Positions 1-8,722 of a stretch of 47,531 nt of DNA are shown here, piece after piece. The notes under the pieces were generated by a model. That model was not told the DNA's origin. It searched no databases and was given only the letters and a program-made list of their open reading frames with translations. Source of the DNA: Atopostipes sp. (GTDB taxonomy: Bacteria; Bacillota; Bacilli; Lactobacillales; Carnobacteriaceae_A); assembly GCA_029257245.1 (NCBI GenBank), contig JARICH010000010.1, positions 1 to 47,531 on the forward strand, given 5' to 3'. Every line of letters begins with the position of its first letter. The stretch's first letter is position 1. Both the position numbers and the translations under genes were made by a program.

Positions 1-200
1 GACACTGTAAAGTATTTTGAAAAAATAAATAATGAATAAATGAGCATTTAATTAAGAATTTTTGATTATTTTTAATATAAAGGTTATAAACTATGGAAAT
101 TTATAGCGAAATGCGTTAAAATAGTACTTACAAATAAATTATATTTAATTACTATTTTAATATTGTAATTATAAATGATGAAAATGAGGAGGTTTTTAGA

Positions 201-446
201 ATGACTGAACAAGAAATCTATGATCATATAAAAGCGATCATCATTGATCGGTTAGGTGTTGATGAAGAAAAAATTAATTATGAAACAAGTTTTCAAGATG
301 ACTTGGGAGCTGACTCATTAGATATTGTTGAATTGATAATGGAAATGGAAGATGAATTTGATGAAGAGATTTCCGATGAGGTTGTGGAGCAGTTAACCAC
401 AGTCGGAAAAGCGGTTGAATTCATTAAAGAGAAAACTAAAGAGTAA
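201..446 (+). CDS. acpP: Acyl carrier protein
   Basis: 81 aa acidic protein with DLGADSLD phosphopantetheine-Ser motif; GAGGAGG RBS. Confidence 0.97.
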   Translation: MTEQEIYDHIKAIIIDRLGVDEEKINYETSFQDDLGADSLDIVELIMEMEDEFDEEISDEVVEQLTTVGKAVEFIKEKTKE

Positions 447-662
447 GAAAGGCAAAAAAAGCCTTAAATGAAAAATAAATGAGAAAAAGACTTGATTTTA
501 TAATTATATCCTATATTATTATAATTAACTTAATAGATTGTTAGAATTCTATGAGTCAGTAATGATGTGTTTTGTATTCAAGTGTTTTCTCGAAATAAAT
601 AAATCCCAGGAGGACGTTTTAAGGGATACTTGTAAGACAAAATGCACAGGAGGTAAGATACA

Positions 663-1670
663 GTGGCAACGAATGAGACATTATTAGAAATAAATAATTT
701 AGAAGTTGGTTTCCGTTTTAGTGACGATTATCACAACGCAGTGGATGACGTTTCACTAACATTAAAAGAAAATGAGATTCTTGCAATAGTAGGAGAGTCA
801 GGTTCAGGAAAATCAACATTAGCCACAGCAATTATTGGGTTACACGATCCAAATAATACAAAAATTAAAGGTGAAATTCTTTACAAGGGTCTAGATTTAA
901 CTAATTTAAATGAAAAGTTATATAATCGAATTCGTGGAAATGATATTGGGATGATTTTCCAAGATCCTCTCGGTTCATTGAATCCAGTAATGACAGTTGG
1001 AAAACAAATTGAAGAATCATTAATCTACCATACAGATTTAAATGAAAAAGAAAGACGCGCTCGTGTGATTGAATTGTTAGAACAGGTAGGAATACCATTA
1101 CCAGAACGAACAATTATTCAATACCCACATGAGTTATCTGGTGGTATGCGTCAGCGTGTGGTTATCGCGATTGCATTAGCAAACAAACCGCCTATTCTAA
1201 TAGCGGATGAACCTACAACAGCATTGGATGTTACTATTCAAGCACAAATTCTTGACTTAATGAAAGACATTCAGGAAGAGACTGACTCAGGTATTATATT
1301 AATTACTCATGACTTAGGTGTAGTTGCTGAGACAGCCGATCGAGTAGCGGTTATGTACGCTGGACAAATTGTGGAAGAAGCACCGGTAGATATCTTATTT
1401 ACTGATCCTAAACATCCATATACGCGTTCTTTATTAAACTCAATCCCTCATGAATTAGAAGATGAAGAAGATGAAGAGTTACATGTGATTCAGGGAACAG
1501 TACCATCTCTACAACATTTGCCACGTACAGGAGATCGATTTAGAGATCGTATTCCATGGATAGCAGATGAAGCTTTCGATGAAAATCCTCAACTCAAGGA
1601 AATTGCTCCTGGACACAAAGTAAGAGGAAATAGTTGGAAACATTTTTACTTTGAAGGGGAGGAAGAATAA
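663..1670 (+). CDS. oppD: Oligopeptide ABC transporter ATP-binding subunit (OppD family)
   Basis: Walker A GESGSGKS, LSGGMRQR signature, IADEPTTALD Walker B, HPYT motif; AGGAGG RBS before GTG. Confidence 0.93.
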   Translation: MATNETLLEINNLEVGFRFSDDYHNAVDDVSLTLKENEILAIVGESGSGKSTLATAIIGLHDPNNTKIKGEILYKGLDLTNLNEKLYNRIRGNDIGMIFQDPLGSLNPVMTVGKQIEESLIYHTDLNEKERRARVIELLEQVGIPLPERTIIQYPHELSGGMRQRVVIAIALANKPPILIADEPTTALDVTIQAQILDLMKDIQEETDSGIILITHDLGVVAETADRVAVMYAGQIVEEAPVDILFTDPKHPYTRSLLNSIPHELEDEEDEELHVIQGTVPSLQHLPRTGDRFRDRIPWIADEAFDENPQLKEIAPGHKVRGNSWKHFYFEGEEE

Positions 1671-1672
1671 TT

Positions 1673-2662
1673 ATGTCGTTTCTAGAATTAGATGATTTAA
1701 AAGTACACTTCCCAATACGTGGAGGAATTTTCAATACTATTCAAGATTATGTATACGCTGTAGATGGTGTAGATATGGTGATTGAACAAGGAAAAACCTA
1801 TGGCCTTGTCGGAGAGTCCGGTTCGGGTAAGACAACTATAGGTAAAGGAATTATAGGTTTAGAGCATGTTACAGATGGAAAGGTAATTTTTGAAGGTCAG
1901 GATGTTACGAATAAAGCACGAAATCGTGCAGAAGAATATCGCGGGTACAATAAAGATATTCAGATGATTTTCCAAGATTCAACTTCCGCTTTAAACCCTA
2001 AGAAACGAATTTTAGATATTATTGCTGAACCAATGCGAAATTATTTTGATTATACAGATAAAGAAGAACAAGCTGAAGTTGTACGCTTGCTTGAAATTGT
2101 AGGTTTAAATAAAGATGCAATTTATCGTTACCCACATGAATTCTCGGGTGGTCAACGCCAACGTTTAGGAGTGGCACGTGCTGTTGCAACAAATCCTAAG
2201 CTGATTATTGCAGATGAACCAACTTCTGCATTGGATTTATCAGTACAGGCACAGGTACTAAACTTCATGAAGAGAATTCAAAAAGAATATAATTTAAGTT
2301 ATTTATTTATCTCACACGACTTAAGTGTGGTAAAACATATGGCTGATGACATTGCAATCATGCACCGTGGTCGTTTTGTTGAGCGTGGATCAAAAGAAAA
2401 AATATTTAATAATCCACAGCATATTTATACGAAGCGTTTATTATCAGCGATTCCACAAATTGACCCTTTAAACCGTGAACAACATAAATTGGAAAGACAA
2501 GCGGTTGAAAAAGAATACGAAGAGCAAGAAATTCATTATTATGATGAAAATGGGCGAGTATATGATTTACAGCCATTTGAAAAAGATCATATGGTTGCTT
2601 TAAATCCAAATGACAAAACGCCTGGTTCTCTTGCAGATTCAACAATAGAAGGGGGAAATTAA
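1673..2662 (+). CDS. oppF: Oligopeptide ABC transporter ATP-binding subunit (OppF family)
   Basis: GESGSGKT, FSGGQRQR, ADEPTSALD; second ATPase of the operon. Confidence 0.93.
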   Translation: MSFLELDDLKVHFPIRGGIFNTIQDYVYAVDGVDMVIEQGKTYGLVGESGSGKTTIGKGIIGLEHVTDGKVIFEGQDVTNKARNRAEEYRGYNKDIQMIFQDSTSALNPKKRILDIIAEPMRNYFDYTDKEEQAEVVRLLEIVGLNKDAIYRYPHEFSGGQRQRLGVARAVATNPKLIIADEPTSALDLSVQAQVLNFMKRIQKEYNLSYLFISHDLSVVKHMADDIAIMHRGRFVERGSKEKIFNNPQHIYTKRLLSAIPQIDPLNREQHKLERQAVEKEYEEQEIHYYDENGRVYDLQPFEKDHMVALNPNDKTPGSLADSTIEGGN

Positions 2663-2663
2663 A

Positions 2664-3626
2664 ATGTGGAAAACAGTTGTTCGTCGCTTTTTAGTTATGA
2701 TTCCCCAAATTATTATACTAAGCATGATTGTATTTGCATTAGCACATTTCATGCCCGGGGATGCATTAACAGGTAAACTTGATCCAAATATCGACCCAGC
2801 ACAATTAGAAGCGTTGAGAGATGCTGCGGGTTGGAATGATCCATTACATGAACAATATTTTAGGTGGGTTGGAAATGTTTTCCAAGGAGATTTTGGCAGA
2901 AGTTATGCCCAACAAGTTCCAGTCACTACATTGATCGGAAGTCGTGCAGCTAACTCAATCCGTCTAGGGTTAGTATCAACATTCTTTACTTACATTATTG
3001 CATTGCCATTTGGTTTATTTGCAGGACGTTATAACAATACATGGTTTGACCGAGTAGTTATGGTTTATAACTATGTGAGTTTTGCGATACCAACTTTCGT
3101 ATTAGCTTTAATCATGGTATTTATCTTTGGTTATCGTCTAGGATGGTTCCCAACTCGTGGTTCTGTGAACGTATCCTTAGCCACAGGATCAGCTGCATAC
3201 TATTGGGACATGTTCTACCGTCTACTTCTACCAGGATTTGTTGGAGGAGTGTTAGGAACGGCATCCACAACACAGACTTTACGTAATGAGGTAATCGATG
3301 CAAAAACACAAGATTATGTAAGAACTGCTCGTTCAAAGGGTGTTCCTGAAGGAAAAATATATACAAAGCATATCTTTAGAAATGCATTTTTACCAATCGC
3401 TTCATCAATCGGTTTTATTTTTTCTAGACTATTAAATGGATCAGTTTTTATTGAAAGAATATTTGCTTTTAATGGAATGGGAGATTTGTTTATCACTTCT
3501 ATCGGGGGCCGTGACTCTGCGGTTATTATAACCTTGGTATTATTATATGGAGTGATTGCTATCTTTGGATCACTTGTTTCAGATATTGTCTTAAGTATTG
3601 CTGATCCACGTATCCGAATTGATTAA
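2664..3626 (+). CDS. oppB: Oligopeptide ABC transporter permease (OppB family)
   Basis: Hydrophobic; MPGD, GDFGRS, DYVRTARSKG EAA loop, C-terminal DPRIR. Confidence 0.93.
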   Translation: MWKTVVRRFLVMIPQIIILSMIVFALAHFMPGDALTGKLDPNIDPAQLEALRDAAGWNDPLHEQYFRWVGNVFQGDFGRSYAQQVPVTTLIGSRAANSIRLGLVSTFFTYIIALPFGLFAGRYNNTWFDRVVMVYNYVSFAIPTFVLALIMVFIFGYRLGWFPTRGSVNVSLATGSAAYYWDMFYRLLLPGFVGGVLGTASTTQTLRNEVIDAKTQDYVRTARSKGVPEGKIYTKHIFRNAFLPIASSIGFIFSRLLNGSVFIERIFAFNGMGDLFITSIGGRDSAVIITLVLLYGVIAIFGSLVSDIVLSIADPRIRID

Positions 3627-3658
3627 TAAATAGAAAAAGTAAAGGACTGAAAATAAAT

Positions 3659-4627
3659 ATGGAAGATAAGATTAAATCGCAAGAAGTTCTCTCGGAAACT
3701 GCTAGTGAGCAACAAGCAGAATCAACTCCACCAATGGGGTTTAAAGTAATCGTACGCGAATTTAAAAAAGATAAAATGGCCATGTTTGCTTTAGGAGTAT
3801 TAACAATCCTATTAGTAACAACCTTAGCGTGGTACTTGCGTCTAGACGCAGATACTGTAATGGATGTAAACATCTTACATCACTTTAAAGAACCAGCAGA
3901 CTTCAATTTTGGTCTAATTGCTGATGCCTGGAATGGTGAGAAGTCAATGATCTTAGGAACTGATGATTACGGCCGAGACATTTTCACTCAGTTATTTTTA
4001 GCAACTGGCAACTCGGTTTTGATTGCAATCGCTGTAACGACAATTATTGCTACAGTAGGTATTGCTTTAGGACTAATCGCTGGTTACTACGGTGGAATGG
4101 TTGATAACGCCATTATGCGTATTACGGATTTTGTAATGACCTTACCTACAACAATGATTATCATTGTATTCTTAGTTTTAGTACCGAAACAAAATATATG
4201 GAGTTTCATCTTTATCATGAGTGTGTTTTCTTGGACTGGTTATGCACGGATTGTTCGTAGTAAGGCGCTCTCTGAATCACGTTTGGATTACATTAGTGCA
4301 TCAAAAACTATTGGAACTCCAACTTGGAAGATTATTATATTAGAAATGTTACCTAATTTAACTTCACTGATCACCGTACAATTGATTTTATCTTACGCAG
4401 GAAATATTGGTCTTGAAACTGGCTTGACCTTCTTAGGCTATGGTTTACCTGATCAAACCGCCAGTTTAGGGCGACTCGTAAGTGCAGCAACCACTCCATA
4501 CAACTTGGAGTTTAGACCTTGGGTTTGGTTACCAGCATCAACTGTTATCCTGGTGTTGATGTTGAGTATAAACTATGTTGGACAAGCATTAAAACGTTCG
4601 ACAGATGCAAAACAAAGACTAGGATAA
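3659..4627 (+). CDS. oppC: Oligopeptide ABC transporter permease (OppC family)
   Basis: LGTDDYGRD motif, multiple TM segments, LTFLGYG and PWVWLP motifs. Confidence 0.93.
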   Translation: MEDKIKSQEVLSETASEQQAESTPPMGFKVIVREFKKDKMAMFALGVLTILLVTTLAWYLRLDADTVMDVNILHHFKEPADFNFGLIADAWNGEKSMILGTDDYGRDIFTQLFLATGNSVLIAIAVTTIIATVGIALGLIAGYYGGMVDNAIMRITDFVMTLPTTMIIIVFLVLVPKQNIWSFIFIMSVFSWTGYARIVRSKALSESRLDYISASKTIGTPTWKIIILEMLPNLTSLITVQLILSYAGNIGLETGLTFLGYGLPDQTASLGRLVSAATTPYNLEFRPWVWLPASTVILVLMLSINYVGQALKRSTDAKQRLG

Positions 4628-4673
4628 TTGTAGACAGGAAGAACAAAACTTAATATAAAAGGGGAGAGTATAT

Positions 4674-6515
4674 ATGTCGTTCAGAAAAAAGTATGGTTTA
4701 TTAGCTAGTTCCGCAGCAATTGCTTTATTGTTAGCAGCTTGTGGTGGAGACACATCAACAGATGATGGATCCGAAGATACAGGCGATGGTGAAGGAACCG
4801 AAGACGAAGTAGATGGTGGCGAAGAAGATTCCGGTCTTGATTTTTCATCAGATGTTAAAAATGAAGGGGAAGCCGTTGAAGGTGGAACATTACGTATCGC
4901 AATGGTTGCAGAATCAGCATTCCCAGGAATCTTCAGTACAGAATTCTATGGAATTAACACAGACTCTCAATTAATGGGACCAATGTATGGTGACGTCTTA
5001 CGCTCTGATGGAAACTACCAATGGACTGATGGAGCAGCTAGTTTTGACTTTGATCAAGATGAGAACGTCGCTACATTGAAATTACAAGAAGGTGTTTTAT
5101 GGCATGATGGTGAAGAAGTTACAGTTGATGATATTGTCTTCACTCATGAAATTATTGGACACCCAGATTATGATGGCGTACGTTATGGTGACTCTTTCCA
5201 AAATATTGAAGGAATGCCTGAATTCAAAGCTGGAGAAGCAGATTCTATATCAGGAATGCGCGTAATTGACGATTATACCTTAGAAATTCAGTATGTTGAA
5301 CCAATGGGACCTTCTGTACTACAAGCTGGAGGTGGCGTATGGTCATATGCTGCACCGCGTCATCACTATGGTGATGTACCTGTATCAGAAATGGAATCAT
5401 CCCCACAAATTCGTGAAAATCCAATTGGATTTGGACCTTATAAGGTAGCAAACATCGTACCTGGGGAATCAGTAGAATATGAAGCATTTGAAGATTACTT
5501 CGAAGGTAAACCAAAAATTGATAAAATTATTATGGAGCGTATTCCAAGTTCTGGAATTGTAGAAGCCCTAAAATCAGGCGAATTTGATGTAACTTTAGGA
5601 ATGCCAGCAAACTTGTATGACTCATTTAAAGAAGGAATTCCAGGTTACGAAACATTAGGAGCTCCTGGACAGTCATATGATTACATTTCATTTAAATTAG
5701 GTGAATTTGATGGCGAGAAAAACATCTACAACCCAGATGCAAAAATGGCCGACTTGAACCTAAGAAAAGCTATGGCTTATGCATTAGACATTGATTCTGT
5801 TGGAGAAGAATTCTATAGCGGTCTACGTTATAGAGCAACTTCACATATTGTTCCAAACTTTGAAGACTACTTTAACCCAGATGTCGAAGGTTATCCATTT
5901 GATCCGGACAAAGCTGAAGAATTATTAGATGAAGCCGGATATAAAGACGTTGATGGTGATGGCTTTAGAGAAGATCCAGATGGTGAGAAATTAACAATTA
6001 ACTATGCTGCTCGTGCTGGTTCAGACTCTGCAGAACCAATCGCACTTTACTTTATCCAAGCATGGAAAAATATTGGTTTAGATGTTCAATTACTAGAAGG
6101 ACGTCTCCATGAAGTAAACGCATTTTACGATCGTGTTCAAGCAGATGACCCTGAAATTGACGTTCACGAAGGTGGATGGGGAGTCGGTTCGGACCCAACA
6201 CCAGATGGATTATTTGGTGAAACAGCGGCCTTTAACTTCTCACGTTTCGTAAGTGATGAAAATAATGAGCTTATTAACAACATGCTTTCACAGGAAGCAT
6301 TTGATAATGACTTCAAAGCTGAGCAGTTTAACGACTGGCAAGAGTACTTCATGTATGAAGCAGCACCACTTATCCCAACATTCTGGCGAACAGAATTACA
6401 ACTCGTTAATAACCGTGTAAGTGCATGGTCACACCCAGATATTCCTGGTGTAGATCCACAAGTTTATGGTTACCACGCAGTAGAGTTGTTAGCTGATCAG
6501 CCAATGACAGAATAA
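4674..6515 (+). CDS. oppA: Oligopeptide-binding lipoprotein (family 5 solute-binding protein)
   Basis: Lipobox LAAC, WHDGEEVTVDD, PIGFGPY, LRKAMAYALD motifs; last gene of the opp operon. Confidence 0.93.
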   Translation: MSFRKKYGLLASSAAIALLLAACGGDTSTDDGSEDTGDGEGTEDEVDGGEEDSGLDFSSDVKNEGEAVEGGTLRIAMVAESAFPGIFSTEFYGINTDSQLMGPMYGDVLRSDGNYQWTDGAASFDFDQDENVATLKLQEGVLWHDGEEVTVDDIVFTHEIIGHPDYDGVRYGDSFQNIEGMPEFKAGEADSISGMRVIDDYTLEIQYVEPMGPSVLQAGGGVWSYAAPRHHYGDVPVSEMESSPQIRENPIGFGPYKVANIVPGESVEYEAFEDYFEGKPKIDKIIMERIPSSGIVEALKSGEFDVTLGMPANLYDSFKEGIPGYETLGAPGQSYDYISFKLGEFDGEKNIYNPDAKMADLNLRKAMAYALDIDSVGEEFYSGLRYRATSHIVPNFEDYFNPDVEGYPFDPDKAEELLDEAGYKDVDGDGFREDPDGEKLTINYAARAGSDSAEPIALYFIQAWKNIGLDVQLLEGRLHEVNAFYDRVQADDPEIDVHEGGWGVGSDPTPDGLFGETAAFNFSRFVSDENNELINNMLSQEAFDNDFKAEQFNDWQEYFMYEAAPLIPTFWRTELQLVNNRVSAWSHPDIPGVDPQVYGYHAVELLADQPMTE

Positions 6516-6525
6516 TTAGAAATAA

Positions 6526-6577
6526 AACAAATAAAAATACCGTTCAGGCAGAAGCTTGAATGGTATTTTTATTTGTT
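6526..6577. terminator. Bidirectional intrinsic terminator between convergent oppA and HAD gene
   Basis: AACAAATAAAAATACCGTTCAGGC-AGAA-GCTTGAATGGTATTTTTATTTGTT inverted repeat with A/T tails. Confidence 0.88.
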
Positions 6578-6598
6578 AATTTTACATAATAAGGATAT

Positions 6599-7423
6599 TT
6601 ATTTCATATCAAAATACTTTTTTAAATATTCTGCTAAACCATTTTCATCATTAGTAAAAGGAGTAATTGCATCAGAAATTTCTTTTAGAGAATCCACCCC
6701 ATTTTTCATTACGACTCCATGTCCAGCATATTGAATCATTTCATAGTCATTGGCTTCATCACCAAAAGCAATGACATCGCTTGAAGAAATATTATAAGAT
6801 TGAGCAATTGCTTCAATTCCCATTGCTTTTTGAATTCCTTTGGAGACAATTTCAAGAGCAGGACTTAATCCTCCCCAAGTTCTGATTTCTATAGTATCAT
6901 TGAAATCGTCTAATATTTGTTCTTGAATATATGGCAGATTCTTTTCATAATGACTAAAAACATTCACCGCTGTAGGATTTTCACTTAAAGATTCGGCTGT
7001 GAATACTTTTGGTTTAAAATTATCGATGGAAGGGCCGTTGCTATAAGTTTCTTCACCAAATCGGTCCACATAAAGATGATCCTTTGACTCAGCAGATAAT
7101 AATCGGACCACAGATAAGTCTTTTAAAGGCAAAAAGGATAAAGCGACATCTTTTTCAAGAGATTTATGATAGCCATGTGTCCAATTTTCATTTTGAGGAT
7201 GATGCGCCCAAGCACCGTTAAAGTTAACAATCGGTGTCTTTAATTTCAATTGATTGTAATACTGATAACTTGTACGATAGGGGCGGCCCGTTGCGATAGC
7301 AATAATATGGCCTTCATTAGTTAATTTTTCAAGAGTTTTTTCAGTCTCAGCTGTTAAAATAGACTGATTATTTAAAGTTGTTCCATCTAAATCAATAGCA
7401 ATCAGTTTTCGGTTTTTTTTCAT
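6599..7423 (-). CDS. Cof-type HAD-IIB hydrolase (YitU-like)
   Basis: DLDGTTL, ATGR and AFGDEAND motifs. Confidence 0.92.
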   Translation of the reverse strand: MKKNRKLIAIDLDGTTLNNQSILTAETEKTLEKLTNEGHIIAIATGRPYRTSYQYYNQLKLKTPIVNFNGAWAHHPQNENWTHGYHKSLEKDVALSFLPLKDLSVVRLLSAESKDHLYVDRFGEETYSNGPSIDNFKPKVFTAESLSENPTAVNVFSHYEKNLPYIQEQILDDFNDTIEIRTWGGLSPALEIVSKGIQKAMGIEAIAQSYNISSSDVIAFGDEANDYEMIQYAGHGVVMKNGVDSLKEISDAITPFTNDENGLAEYLKKYFDMK

Positions 7424-7454
7424 TTTTAACCACTTTCTAAATTCATTTTAACTA

Positions 7455-7483
7455 TTCATATTGTAACAAATATCGTTTATAAT
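7455..7483. promoter_or_regulatory. Overlapping divergent sigma-A promoters
   Basis: + strand TTCATA-17-TATAAT (7455-7483); - strand extended -10 TGTTACAAT (7460-7468). Confidence 0.55.
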
Positions 7484-7503
7484 TTATAGTAGGAGGCAAG
7501 ACA

Positions 7504-8265
7504 ATGATTAATATTCAAAATAAATTAGTTTCAGACTTACCCGTATTAGAAATAGTAAAGGAACACTTATCTGAAGAAGCATTACCTACCATCTTTTTTT
7601 ATCATGGCTGGGAGGGTTATAAAGAAAGAGTATTAGAAGAAGCTTACATATTAGCTGAAAAAGACTTTCGGGTGATTTTACCTGATATTTATAATCATGG
7701 GGAGAGAAAGAGGACTACAACACAGGATCCTATGACTTTTTGGGAGTTAGTAGGTCAGAGTGTGAATGAGTTTCCACGCATTGTTGACTTTTATGTAGAA
7801 AAAAATAAAGCAATTGCTGATAGAATAGGGGTGGCCGGTTTATCAATGGGAGGAATCATTACCAGTGCGATTTTAACTCAATTTGATTGGGTGAAGTCGG
7901 TCTCTATTTTGATGGGAAGTCCCTCTCCAATTGAACTGACCCAGTGGATTTTAAAAAACAATCAAATTGATTCAAATTTAGATGAGCGAGTGAAAAACCA
8001 AGATTTTGTTGATCAGAAGTTAAAAGAACTTGTTCCTATATCTTTAAATTTACAAGCAGAAAAAATAGCTGGTCGTTCGGTTTATTTCTGGCATGGACTT
8101 TCTGATGATGTGGTTCCAGCGGAATTAACCAAAGATTTTGTTGAGAAAAATAAAAAGACAGATTACGGGAAAAATATAAGTCTCGAATTAACTGCTGGAG
8201 TGGGTCATACAGTTCCAGGTAACATTATTAAACAGATGGCGCACCATTTTGTAGATAACTTATAA
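7504..8265 (+). CDS. Alpha/beta-hydrolase esterase (YitV/YjfP-like)
   Basis: HGW oxyanion motif, GLSMGG nucleophile elbow, HGLSDDVVP and GVGH triad motifs. Confidence 0.88.
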   Translation: MINIQNKLVSDLPVLEIVKEHLSEEALPTIFFYHGWEGYKERVLEEAYILAEKDFRVILPDIYNHGERKRTTTQDPMTFWELVGQSVNEFPRIVDFYVEKNKAIADRIGVAGLSMGGIITSAILTQFDWVKSVSILMGSPSPIELTQWILKNNQIDSNLDERVKNQDFVDQKLKELVPISLNLQAEKIAGRSVYFWHGLSDDVVPAELTKDFVEKNKKTDYGKNISLELTAGVGHTVPGNIIKQMAHHFVDNL

Positions 8266-8343
8266 ATAAATGCACTCATAATTACTAAAACACGAAAAAT
8301 TTGAGTATGTTATAGTAAAAACAATAAAAGAGGTGGGAAGTCG

Positions 8344-8682
8344 ATGGATGAACAGAAAAAAAGAGTTCAAATTGAGAATGAAGAATTAACCAAAAAGATT
8401 TTTACGACGCTAGAGAAAGTTGAAGACCCCGAGTTGGGGATTGATATCGTCAATTTGGGCTTAATTAATGAAATAAATTTATATGAAGAAGCTTTGGTTG
8501 AAGTGAAAATGACCCTTACTACGATGGGCTGCCCTTTTGCTGACCAAATTCAAGAAGATATTCGCCAGGCAGTGGTGAACCTTGATGAAGTGAATCAAGT
8601 TGAGGTTAAGCTTGTTTGGTATCCAGCTTGGACACCTGAGCGTATGTCTCGTTATGCTAGAATTGCTCTAGGAGTTCGTTAA
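8344..8682 (+). CDS. Fe-S cluster assembly factor, DUF59/SufT (YitW-like)
   Basis: DPELGIDIVNLGL, TLTTMGCP and PAWTPERMS motifs. Confidence 0.92.
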   Translation: MDEQKKRVQIENEELTKKIFTTLEKVEDPELGIDIVNLGLINEINLYEEALVEVKMTLTTMGCPFADQIQEDIRQAVVNLDEVNQVEVKLVWYPAWTPERMSRYARIALGVR

Positions 8683-8722
8683 AAATTAAATCAAAAGTCA
8701 AAAATGAAAAGAAGGTGAGAAT

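Noticed and set aside
583-597. CodY box in the opp leader
   Set aside because: Best match has five mismatches to AATTTTCWGAAAATT, not meaningful in AT-rich DNA.
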